Assembly: GCA_002269645.1 (NCBI GenBank)
Contig: NIVC01000980.1
Span: 310,001-374,000 of the forward strand
Direction of reading: 5' to 3'
Source of the DNA: Macrostomum lignano
Lineage: Eukaryota
Length of the DNA stretch: 64,000 nucleotides
The translations under genes were made by a program, and so were the position numbers. The notes below the pieces were generated by a model. It had not been told where the DNA came from, ran no database searches, and saw nothing but the letters and a program-made list of their open reading frames with translations. This document shows, piece by piece, positions 1 to 10,900 of the stretch (positions are counted from its first letter, which is position 1; each line of letters opens with the position of its first letter).

Positions 1-68
1 GGTAAAGCACCTGTTGCACACTTGAAGTTCTTAATCCTTTGCCTTGAGCTATAATAAACTCTATTGCG

Positions 69-531
69 TACTCCCTCATTTCCTGTCTACTCCCTCAATT
101 CCTGTCTACTCCCTCACTTCGTGTCTACTCCTTCACTTCCTGTCTACTCCCTCACTTCCTGTCTACTCCCTCACTTCCTGTCTACTCCCTCACTTCCTGT
201 CTACTCCCTCACTTCCTGTCTACTCCCTCAGTCTCCATCTCCCTCAGTCTCCATCTCCCTCAGTCTCCATCTCCCTCAGTCTCCATCTCCCTCAGTCTCC
301 ATCTCCCTCAGTCTCCATCTCCCTCAGTCTCCATCTCCCTCAGTCTCCATCTCCCTCAGTCTCCATCTCCCTCAGTCTCCATCTCCCTCAGTCTCCATCT
401 CCCTCAGTCTCCATCTCCCTCAGTCTCCATCTCCCTCAGTCTCCATCTCCCTCAGTCTCCATCTCCCTCAGTCTCCATCTCCCTCAGTCTCCATCTCCCT
501 CAGTCTCCATCTCCCTCAGTCTCCATCTCCC
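69..531. repeat. Compound intronic minisatellite: 19-bp unit CTACTCCCTCACTTCCTGT changing into 16-bp unit CCCTCAGTCTCCATCT
   Basis: Read directly; the switch is near 225 and both units share CTCCCTCA. Confidence 0.95.
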
Positions 532-549
532 TGCGCCAGCCACACGCAC

Positions 550-840
550 CTGAAAATAGTCTGAGCTCGCACTGGCCTGGTACCTCGGGCCGACCTTCAG
601 CAGCCGGAAGCCGGTCCTGGGCAGCAGTTTGTACCAGCGAAACCGCTGATCTGGCAGCCAGAGGTCGCCAACATAGTGAGGCTGATGCGCAAGGAAGCGC
701 ACCGTGTCGTTGGCTCTGGGACTGCGGGGCACCCAGCTGAAGTCGAAGTCGAACAGGTTCAGGCCTGTAGAGGAGGCCGCTGCCACGGTCAGAGGTGCCC
801 CAACCAGACAGCCCAGAGCTGCCAGCACCGCTGCAGTCAT
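550..840 (-). CDS. First coding exon of a secreted or type I membrane protein (signal peptide plus PKD/Ig-like start); gene continues off the left edge
   Basis: ATG at 840-838 preceded by acceptor ctctcttcAG (844-843). Hydrophobic leader MTAAVLAALGCLVGAPLTVAAA, then DFSWVPRSPRANDTVRFLA. Donor CAG|GTGCGT at 550/549. The ORF-track extension past 549 is intronic repeat. Confidence 0.7.
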
Positions 841-1356
841 AACTGAAGAGAGCCAAAAGTTGTCTTTCTAAATTTGTCTAACAAATCATTCATTGGACTT
901 CCTATTTTATTCCCTCATCGTCAGTGGAGGCTGGGAAGACCGCCTCAGCGCCATTGGCTCTCGGCTGACGGTGAGGCTAAGAGAGTGGAAGAGAGAGATG
1001 AAGCGACTCAACCAAGGAGACTTTGAGCAGGAGTCTGGAAAGAATCAGCAGGTAGTGGGGGGCGTTTCGCAGCCTTCGCATCATCCAAAATTCTTCCTAG
1101 TCAATCTCTCGAGGAAGTTTTTCCATTGATTAGCACTAAATTCCCAGCATCTCACCTCCTGGACTTACGAATTACAATCAGAGCAAAGTGTGTTGCTTTT
1201 CCGAGGTTTGACTCGCACATTTCTAGACAGAAAATAGAACCAGGTTACAGTTAATCCCATGGAAGAAGTCGATGAGTTTTTAAGTCTCTGCGCTGTGTGT
1301 CTTGAAAATTGATGATTTGGGAAGGAAGGAAAGGCAGGCCAGGTGACCAGACTTAT

Positions 1357-1551
1357 AGGGCCGTATGCAGAAAGCTCTGTCTAGGGTAGTTCGGTCTTGA
1401 AAAGCTAGTCTGGACTTGGATTTGGTATGCAGAAACACAAAGTTAGACCAGTCTACTATAGCAGAACTAGGGTAGCTGGACCATAGACTATAGACTGAAC
1501 TACCCAAGTCCGGACTAGCTAGTCTGGACTAAGCTTTCTGCATACGGCCCT
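1357..1551. mobile_element. MITE-like element with perfect 20-bp terminal inverted repeats
   Basis: AGGGCCGTATGCAGAAAGCT (1357-1376) is the exact reverse complement of AGCTTTCTGCATACGGCCCT (1532-1551). The interior holds further CTAGTCTGGACT repeats. No clear TSD. Confidence 0.6.
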
Positions 1552-2721
1552 CTGTTTTAGGCCTCCTTGACTCAAGCCATGCAGCTCACTTTAGAACGCT
1601 ATAGCCTTGAAGTTGGGATAAAAAAGCCAGGGAGCTGTTTCTCCATCCAGCTTCCCATCGGATATTTTAAAGCTTGCTTCCTTCACTGGGATTTACTGGG
1701 CTGACAGCGCAAAGCTCTCTAATTGATTATACAAGCAGCGGATCCGGCCGACTCGAGAGCTGTGGGAGAATTTGAACCGAATCCTGTTCGATTGTCTTCA
1801 AAAGTTATTCTCGAGGCGAAGGAATCAGAGGGAAAAAACTGAAAAATGTTGCATTCGTGAAGCTGCTGGATGGATTGATGATGGATTTATCTTCAGTCTC
1901 AAATTACTCGAGTACGCTCCATGAGAGCTGAGCAGCTGAAGGTGTTTGCCAAGTAGAGTTCTCTCGCGCACTGCCACTTGATTGATTGATCCGGCAGCTC
2001 CGGAATCGGGAATGAAAGTTGAAAGGTTGGCCAACTTTCATCGCCCATCCCAATGGCACTTGAGGCTGCGCTGGCTTGGCCTCTCGCTTTACGAATTCGC
2101 ATCAGATTTCACCCCGGAGACCAAATTGTCAAATTGGTTCAAATTTTGCGATGCCAATCGATTTGCGTCTCAAATGTCTCAACTCGGCTTTAGCAGTAGC
2201 AGTTCTGCAGAAGATTAGCATGTAAAATATTAATAAACAGCCCTCGATATACTCGTGCCGGCATCTTTGGCGGCTATCAGCCGATCCTATGGGAGATTGG
2301 GGATAAATTAATGAGACAGCGAGTTAATCGTTTCGTAAAACTATTCGAAAATTTCACCTCTTAGCCGGGACTTCCTATGGTGGAGCAGTCACGCTTTCGA
2401 GGTTGGCATCTCTGGCCATGCAGGTGTGCCCGTCTCCACTTGCCGTTCTATTATCGCACTTAATTTGTGTCATGCAAGTTATGTAACACCTGGCTGACTC
2501 CAAACTGCGTCACTTCCTCTTGAAAATGGGAGATAGCTGGTCTGGGTGCTGGTCTGGGTGCCAGGTGGAGAGCTAGGGAAGTCTGCAACATCATTAATCT
2601 GTCCTGTTCCCAGTGCTCTGCTCCCACTTTTCTCTCGCTTTGCCGATCAAATTGCCGAACCTGATTTTGCTTCTAGTGCCCACTTTCCTCCTCTCGCCAC
2701 TCTGGGGCTGTCTGTCTTTAT

Positions 2722-4790
2722 ACTGTCAATTCACTGTCAATCTACTGTCAATTCACTGTCAATCTACTGTCAATCTACTGTCAATCTACTGTCAATCTAC
2801 TGTCAATTCACTGTCAATTCACTGTCAATCTACTGTCAATCTACTGTCAATCTACTGTCAATCTACTGTCAATTCACTGTCAATTCACTGTCAATCTACT
2901 GTCAATCTACTGTCAATTCACTGTCAATCTACTGTCAATCTACTGTCAATCTACTGTCAATCTACTGTCAATTCACTGTCAATTCACTGTCAATCTACTG
3001 TCAATCTACTGTCAATTCACTGTCAATCTACTGTCAATCTACTGTCAATCTACTGTCAATCTACTGTCAATTCACTGTCAATTCACTGTCAATCTACTGT
3101 CAATTCACTGTCAATTCACTGTCAATCTACTGTCAATCTACTGTCAATCTACTGTCAATTCACTGTCAATCTACTGTCAATCTACTGTCAATTCACTGTC
3201 AATTCACTGTCAATTCACTATCAATCTACTGTCAATCTACTGTCAATTCACTGTCAATCTACTGTCAATCTACTGTCAATTCACTGTCAATCTACTGTCA
3301 ATCTACTGTCAATCTACTGTCAATCTACTGTCAATTCACTGTCAATTCACTGTCAATCTACTGTCAATCTACTGTCAATCTACTGTCAATCTACTGTCAA
3401 TTCACTGTCAATTCACTGTCAATCTACTGTCAATCTACTGTCAATTCATGTCAATCTACTGTCAATCTACTGTCAATCTACTGTCAATCTACTGTCAATT
3501 CACTGTCAGTTTACTGTCAATATGCTGTCAATCTACTGTCAATTCACTGTCAATCTACTGTCAATCTACTGTCAATCTACTGTCAATTCACTGTCAATTC
3601 ACTGTCAATCTACTGTCAATCTACTGTCAATCTACTGTCAATTCACTGTCAATCTACTGTCAATCTACTGTCAATCTACTGTCAATTCACTGTCAATTCA
3701 CTGTCAATCTACTGTCAATCTACTGTCAATTCACTGTCAATCTACTGTCAATCTACTGTCAATCTACTGTCAATCTACTGTCAATTCACTGTCAATTCAC
3801 TGTCAATCTACTGTCAATTCACTGTCAATTCACTGTCAATTCACTATCAATCTACTGTCAATTCACTGTCAATTCACTGTCAATCTACTGTCAATCTACT
3901 GTCAATTCACTGTCAATCTACTGTCAATCTACTGTCAATCTACTGTCAATTCACTGTCAATTCACTGTCAATTCACTATCAATCTACTGTCAATCTACTG
4001 TCAATTCACTGTCAATCTACTGTCAATCTACTGTCAATTCACTGTCAATCTACTGTCAATCTACTGTCAATCTACTGTCAATCTACTGTCAATTCACTGT
4101 CAGTTTACTGTCAATATGCTGTCAATCTACTGTCAATTCACTGTCAATCTACTGTCAATCTACTGTCAATCTACTGTCAATTCACTGTCAATTCACTGTC
4201 AATCTACTGTCAATCTACTGTCAATTCACTGTCAATCTACTGTCAATTCACTGTCAATTCACTGTCAATTCACTATCAATCTACTGTCAATCTACTGTCA
4301 ATTCACTGTCAATCTACTGTCAATCTACTGTCAATTCACTGTCAATCTACTGTCAATCTACTGTCAATTCACTGTCAATTCACTATCAATCTACTGTCAA
4401 TCTACTGTCAATTCACTGTCAATCTACTGTCAATCTACTGTCAATCTACTGTCAATCTACTGTCAATCTACTGTCAATTCACTGTCAATCTACTGTCAAT
4501 CTACTGTCAATCTACTGTCAATCTACTGTCAATCTACTGTCAATTCACTGTCAATCTACTGTCAATTCACTGTCAATCTACTGTCAATCTACTGTCAATT
4601 CACTGTCAATCTACTGTCAATCTACTGTCAATTCACTGTCAATCTACTGTCAATCTACTGTCAATTCACAGTCAATCTACTGTCAATTCACTGTCAATCT
4701 ACTGTCAATTCACTGTCAATTCACTGTCAGTTTACTGTCAATATGCTGTCCATTTGCTGTCCATTCTGTTAACTGTCAGTTTACTGTCAA
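2722..4790. repeat. 11-bp minisatellite CTGTCAATCTA/CTGTCAATTCA
   Basis: About 2 kb of two alternating variants; explains ORFs 2546-4879, 2613-4772 and 3448-5379. Confidence 0.97.
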
Positions 4791-4809
4791 TTTCGGCAAC
4801 CTGGCTATA

Positions 4810-5110
4810 TCTTCTGTTCTCCTCTCTCCTATGGCCCCCGTCTCTCCGATCTCTTCCCTACCTCCCCTCTCTCCTCTAACCCCTGTCTCCTCCTCTCTTC
4901 TCACCCCTGTCTCCCCTCTCTTTTCTCCCTTGTCCACCCTCTCCCCTGTCTCCCCTCTCTTCTCACCCCTGTCTCCCCTCTCTTCTCACCCCTGTCTCCT
5001 CTCTCTTCTCTCCCTTGTCCCCCCTCTCCCCTGTCTCCCCTCTCCCTGTCTCCCTTCTCCCCTCTCTCCCCTCTCCCCTGTCTCCCTTCTCCCCTGTCAT
5101 TCCTCTCCCT
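4810..5110. repeat. C/T-rich low-complexity tract
   Basis: CTCCCCTGTCT-like degenerate units. Confidence 0.8.
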
Positions 5111-5789
5111 TTCTCTTTCATCTCTCCATTCCGCTGTCCCACAGTTTCAGTTTTCTCTTTCTTTCATCCCCAGCCATCATCGGCTTTCTGCTACAGCGGC
5201 ATTCTTCATTTTTCCATGCATTCTTAACCCTATTGTACTCTAAGAGGCTGGCCCCGATTGGATCGATGAACACCCTGCCAAGTCAGCCAGTCATACGCTT
5301 CATGTCACCGCGTTGTCGGGCGGTGGGTGGCGGCGGCAGCATTAATAATCCCTTCCCAACAAAAACTTCCCATTTTTAGCGAGCAGCCTCAATACTATGG
5401 TTAGAGAGTGGCACTTGTTGAGACCATGGCTGGCTTTTCTTCCGTCCCCTGACTGACTATATATATATATACACAGAGAGGCTGAACTGCGGTGCAATAA
5501 AATTTGCATAAGAGAAGGAAGCGACCGCCCACGAGGATCACAGCCGGCTCAGCTCACTGAGGTGGGTGGCAAGAGCCGGCAGCGATAAACTGATTCAATA
5601 ATTTGCTAAATTAAATTGCCGCAAAAAGCTAAGGGAATTTTAGATGAGAAGGCTGCGACGGATGGACAGACAACCTTGAGCAAATCTTGGACTGGAGTCT
5701 TGCCGACTTGAATAAGAATGATTAAAACTGTAATGCCATTTTCCCTTAGGCTAATTTACATTAGACTAGGCTGTCCCAGTCTCACACCG

Positions 5790-6160
5790 CCACCCTCCCA
5801 GATCCTCAGTTGCTGGGCCAGCCTCCCAGATCCTCAGTTTCTAGGCAAGCCTCCCAGATCCTCAGTTGCTGGGCAAGCCTCACAGATCCTCAGTTGCTGG
5901 GCCAGCCTCCCAGATCCTCAGTTGTTGGGCCAGCCTCCCAGATCCTCAGTTGCTGGGCAAGCCTCACAGATCCTCAGTTGCTGGGCCAGCCTCCCAGATC
6001 CTCAGTTGTTGGGCCAGCCTCCCAGATACTCAGTTGCTGGGCCAGCCTCCCAGATCCTCAGCTGCTGGGCCAGCCTCCCAGATCCTCAGTTGCTGGGCCA
6101 GACTCCCAGATACTCAGTTGCTGGGCCAGACTCCCAGATACTCAGTTGCTGGGCCAAGCC
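5790..6160 (+). repeat. 28-bp minisatellite family A (GCTGGGCCAGCCTCCCAGATCCTCAGTT), locus 1
   Basis: About 13 units. Confidence 0.95.
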
Positions 6161-6180
6161 TCTAAGATTCTTATCCTTAT

Positions 6181-6516
6181 TTGCTGTCCTAGTGTCAGAC
6201 TGGGCTGTCCTAGTGTCAGACTGGGCTGTCCTAGTGTCAGACTGGGCTGTCCTAGTGTCAGACTGGGCTGTCCTAGTGTCAGACTGGGCTGTCCTAGTGT
6301 CAGACTGGGTTGTCCTAGTGTCAGACTGGGCTGTCCTAGTGTCAGACTGGGTTGTCCTAGTGTCAGACTGGGCTGTCCTAGTGTCAGACTGGGCTGTCCT
6401 AGTGTCAGACTGGGCTGTCCTAGTGTCAGACTGGGCTGTCCTAGTGTCAGACTGGGCTGTCCTAGTATCAGACTGGGCTGTCCTAGTGTCAGACTGGACT
6501 GTCCCAGTGTCAGACA
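6181..6516. repeat. 21-bp minisatellite GCTGTCCTAGTGTCAGACTGG
   Basis: About 16 near-perfect units. Confidence 0.95.
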
Positions 6517-6784
6517 TGGCTGTTGTCCGCAGGATAAAAGCGGGGGTCCCAGACATTTAGCGAATAAATAAATCGATAAAAAGTTGCGCTGATAAATGAG
6601 GCCCGGGAAAGCAAACTGGCCAGATTGGGAGCAAGGCACTCTTGAGGAGAGGGGAGTTTACTAAACCCCAACTCTTCTGTAACGATGTTCCCAAAGAAAA
6701 GTGCAATCGTGTATAGGCCTGATAGAAATTCCAATGCACTATTGAATCCAAACACACTGAATTCACTGTTGCAATAATATCATC

Positions 6785-6990
6785 AGTTGTTGGGCAGCCT
6801 CCCAGATCCTCAGTTGTTGGGCCAGACTCCTGGATCCTCAGTTGCTGGGCCAGCCTCCCAGATCCTCAGTTGCTGGGCCAGCCTCCCAGATCCTCAGTTG
6901 CTGGGCCAGCCTCCCAGATCCTCAGTTGCTGGGCCAGCCTCCCAGATCCTCAGTTGCTGGGCCAGCCTCCCAGATCCTCAGTTGCTGGGC
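6785..6990 (+). repeat. 28-bp minisatellite family A, locus 2
   Basis: About 7 units, same unit as 5790-6160. Confidence 0.95.
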
Positions 6991-7654
6991 CACAGCAAAG
7001 CTCGCCAATAATAAAATTGCTTTGGCAGTCAAATATGTAAATAGAAACAGCATTTCAGCCAAAACTTTCATGGATAGATTTAGACACACAGAGAGAGTGG
7101 GAGGGAGAGAGAGAGAGAGAGAGAGAGCGGCAGAGAATTATTCCTCGCGATGCGCTCCACAAATAACGCCACAGAAACGTCAGTACAGATTAGTAGCTGA
7201 GCCCGCACGCCCCGCGGAAATCTCTAAGGAAGCCACGCGGCGCCTCCTTGCGTCATTCAGGAAGCCTTGCTCACGAGCAGCTACGCTCGCCCGAACTCCA
7301 CAGCGAATTCCATAATCAAAATGGACGGCCACGGCCGTCTGTCTCATTTTTGAGTCCGCGTGCCGCGCTGAAATTGCGGCAAATTGATTGCGTAACAATG
7401 ATGAGGCAATTATTTTTGAGTGAATCATGGAGTTCTGCCGATTGGTGATTGCTTTTCTCAATCAGAAACAGAGGGAACTGAGTTTTTGACTTTCTGCAGA
7501 ATGTAAAATATCGAAACAAAATGTCTTGAAAAAGAGGCTTATTTTCTTTATCAGTAGTAATATTCGTGTTTTTTAATTTTAACTGAAAGGAAAATTAGCA
7601 GTTATTCTATTGTGCAATAACAGCTGTGGTGTTTATTAGGAGCAACTGTATGGG

Positions 7655-7906
<252 letters not shown>

Positions 7907-7908
7907 TG

Positions 7909-10900
7909 TTAGTCCAGCTGAAGTTGTATTCCTCGCGTCAGTCCGACAGCGCCAGGCGCCAGCAGTTGGCGCCAGACCGAGGCGCAGTCGGGCCGATCGG
8001 CTCTCCAGGTGAGCAGCAGGGAGCCGGCGGGCTGCCACGGCAGTCGCGGCAGACTTTCCGGACTGCCGAGTTCCACGGCGATCTCCAGTCGCGCTTCGGT
8101 CAGCGACGCGGCCGGCAGGGGAAACCTGACGGCTTTGTGCGACCACCGGAAATTCCCGATTGACGCCGCCGCCGGAGACTGCGGCGGAACGGGCGGCCAC
8201 TTGCGCAGCTTGACGCAGCGGCCTCCGGGCGTCAGGCGCAGGCGGATGGCGACCCTGCAGCTGTAGAGGCGTCCGGAATCCTGCGGCAGCGGTAGGGCGG
8301 TGCACTCCAGAAGGCGCACGAAGAGGTCCAGCCGTTCGCCCTCTGCCGCGGCCGTCGGCGTCGTCTCCAGCAGGATTCGGCCGCGGCTTTCGGGCGGACA
8401 GCTGACTGGCCGCTCCAGGCGCTTCCACATGCATAGGCGGTGACCTCCTTGAAGGTCGGGCTGGACCAGGCCGGTGCCCAGGATGATGACGCTGCTGCCC
8501 TTCCTGCTGCTGCTGTTGTTGTCAGCTGCGGAATCGAACTTGCAACCTCTGTCTTTGGCTAAAACATCAGTTTGGTGTGTTATTTTGGCATGTCCGTAAT
8601 GGCTAATGAATCTGAGCTAACTGTTGCTAATGAATCTGAGCTAACTGTTGCTAATGAATCTGAGCTATTGCTAATGAATCTGAGCTAATTGTTGCTAATG
8701 AATCTGGGCTAATTGTTGCTAATGAATCTGGGCTAATTGTTGCTAATGAATCTGAGCTAATTGTTGCTAATGAATCTGAGCTAACTGTTGCTAATGAATC
8801 TGAGCTATTGCTAATGAATCTGAGCTAATTGTTGCTAATGAATCTGGGCTAATTGTTGCTAATGAATCTGGGCTAATTGTTGCTAATGAATCTGAGCTAA
8901 TTGTTGCTAATGAATCTGAGCTAATTGTTGCTAATGAATCTGAGCTAATTGTTGCTAAGAATCTGAGCTAATTGTTGCTAATGAATCTAAGCTAATTGTT
9001 GCTAATGAATCTGAGCTAATTGTTGCTAATGAATCTGAGCTAATTGTTGCTAATGAATCTGAGCTAATTGTTGCTAATGAATCTGAGCAAACTGTTGCTA
9101 ATGAATCTGAGCTAACTGTTGCTAATGAATCTGAGCTAATTGTTGCTAATGAATCTGGGCTAATTGTTGCTAATGAATCTGGGCTAATTGTTGCTAATGA
9201 ATCTGGGCTAATTGTTGCTAATGAATCTGGGCTAATTGTTGCTAATGAATCTGAGCTAATTGTTGCTAATGAATCTGGGCTAATTGTTGCTAATGAATCT
9301 GAGCTAATTGTTGCTAATGAATCTGAGCTAATTGTTGCTAATGAATCTGGGCTAATTGTTGCTAATGAATCTGAGCTAATTGTTGCTAATGAATCTAAGC
9401 TAATTGTTGCTAATGAATCTGAGCTAATTATTGCTAATGAATCTAAGCTAATTGTTGCTAATGAATCTGAGCTAATTATTGCTAATGAATCTGAGCTAAT
9501 TGTTGCTAATGAATCTAAGCTAATTGTTGCTAATGAATCTGAGCTAATTGTTGCTAATGAATCTGAGCAAACTGTTGCTAATGAATCTGAGCTAATTGTT
9601 GCTAATGAATCTGAGCTAACTGTTGCTAATGAATCTGAGCTAACTGTTGCTAATGAATCTGAGCTAATTGTTGCTAATGAATCTGAGCTAACTGTTGCTA
9701 ATGAATCTGAGCTAATTGTTGCTAATGAATCTGAGCTAACTGTTGCTAATGAATCTGAGCTAATTGTTGCTAATAAATCTGAGCTAACTGTTGCTAATGA
9801 ATCTGAGCTAATTGTTGCTAATGAATCTGAGCTAACTGTTGCTAATGAATCTGAGCTAATTGTTGCTAATAAATCTGAGCTAACTGTTGCTAATGAATCT
9901 GAGCTAATTGTTGCTAATGAATCTGAGCTAACTGTTGCTATTACAAGCGCGTACTATAAGCTAATTTTAGTTAATGTGCTGAGCTAATTTCTTTTAATTT
10001 CAGTAAAATGCTTTGATCGCACCGTAACCTCGCTCGCAGCTTCCAGTCCCAGAATTCCGATTGTCAACCGACTCATCGGTTGCCATAGCAACAATTCGCA
10101 GCAGCTCCAGCTGGATTTTGGGCTTCACAACTCCAACGGGACAGTCGGAAATCCGGAACACCGTGGGGGCGCCCGAAGCGGTGCACCAGTTGTGAGCTGG
10201 CGATGCCGCCGTGCTGAGCTCCTCGCTCTTGAGGCGGCACGGACCGTCAAAGGTGACCACCAGGCGGCACTGGTAGCTGCTGTGCTGCTGCTCGCCAGCC
10301 TCCTCGGGCTCCCCGACCTGCTCCTGGCTAAGGCACGGCCGTGCCTTCACGATGCCGATGCTGTAAACCCGCTCAGCCGGGTTGCTCTGTACAAACAGCA
10401 GCAGCAGTCAGTCTGCTGGCCCGCACGGACCTGCGAAGGTGTGGGATGGCAGCCAGTATGGTCTGATTGGGGAATGGGTGTGGGATGGCAGCCAATCTGG
10501 TCTGATTGGGGAATGGGTGTGGGATGGCGGCCAATCTGGTCTGATTGGGGAATGGGTGTGGGATGGCAGCCAGTCTGGTCTGATTGGGGAATGGGTGTGG
10601 GATGGCAGCCAATCTGGTCTGATTGGGGAATGGGTGTGGGATGGCAGCCAATCTGGTCTGATTGGGGAATGGGTGTGGGATGGCGGCCAATCTGGTCTGA
10701 TTGGGGAATGGGTGTGGGATGGCAGCCAATCTGGTCTGATTGGGGAATGGGTGTGGGATGGCAGCCAATCTGGTCTGATGGGGGAATGGGTGTGGGATGG
10801 CAGCCAGTCTGGTCTGATTGGGGAATGGGTGTGGGATGGCAGCCAATCTGGTCTGACTGGGGAATGGGTGTGGGATGGCGGCCAATCTGATCTGACTGGG

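Noticed and set aside
2546-5379. Three ORFs of 640-780 aa
   Set aside because: Translations of the 11-bp array open in all three frames; periodic, no domain.
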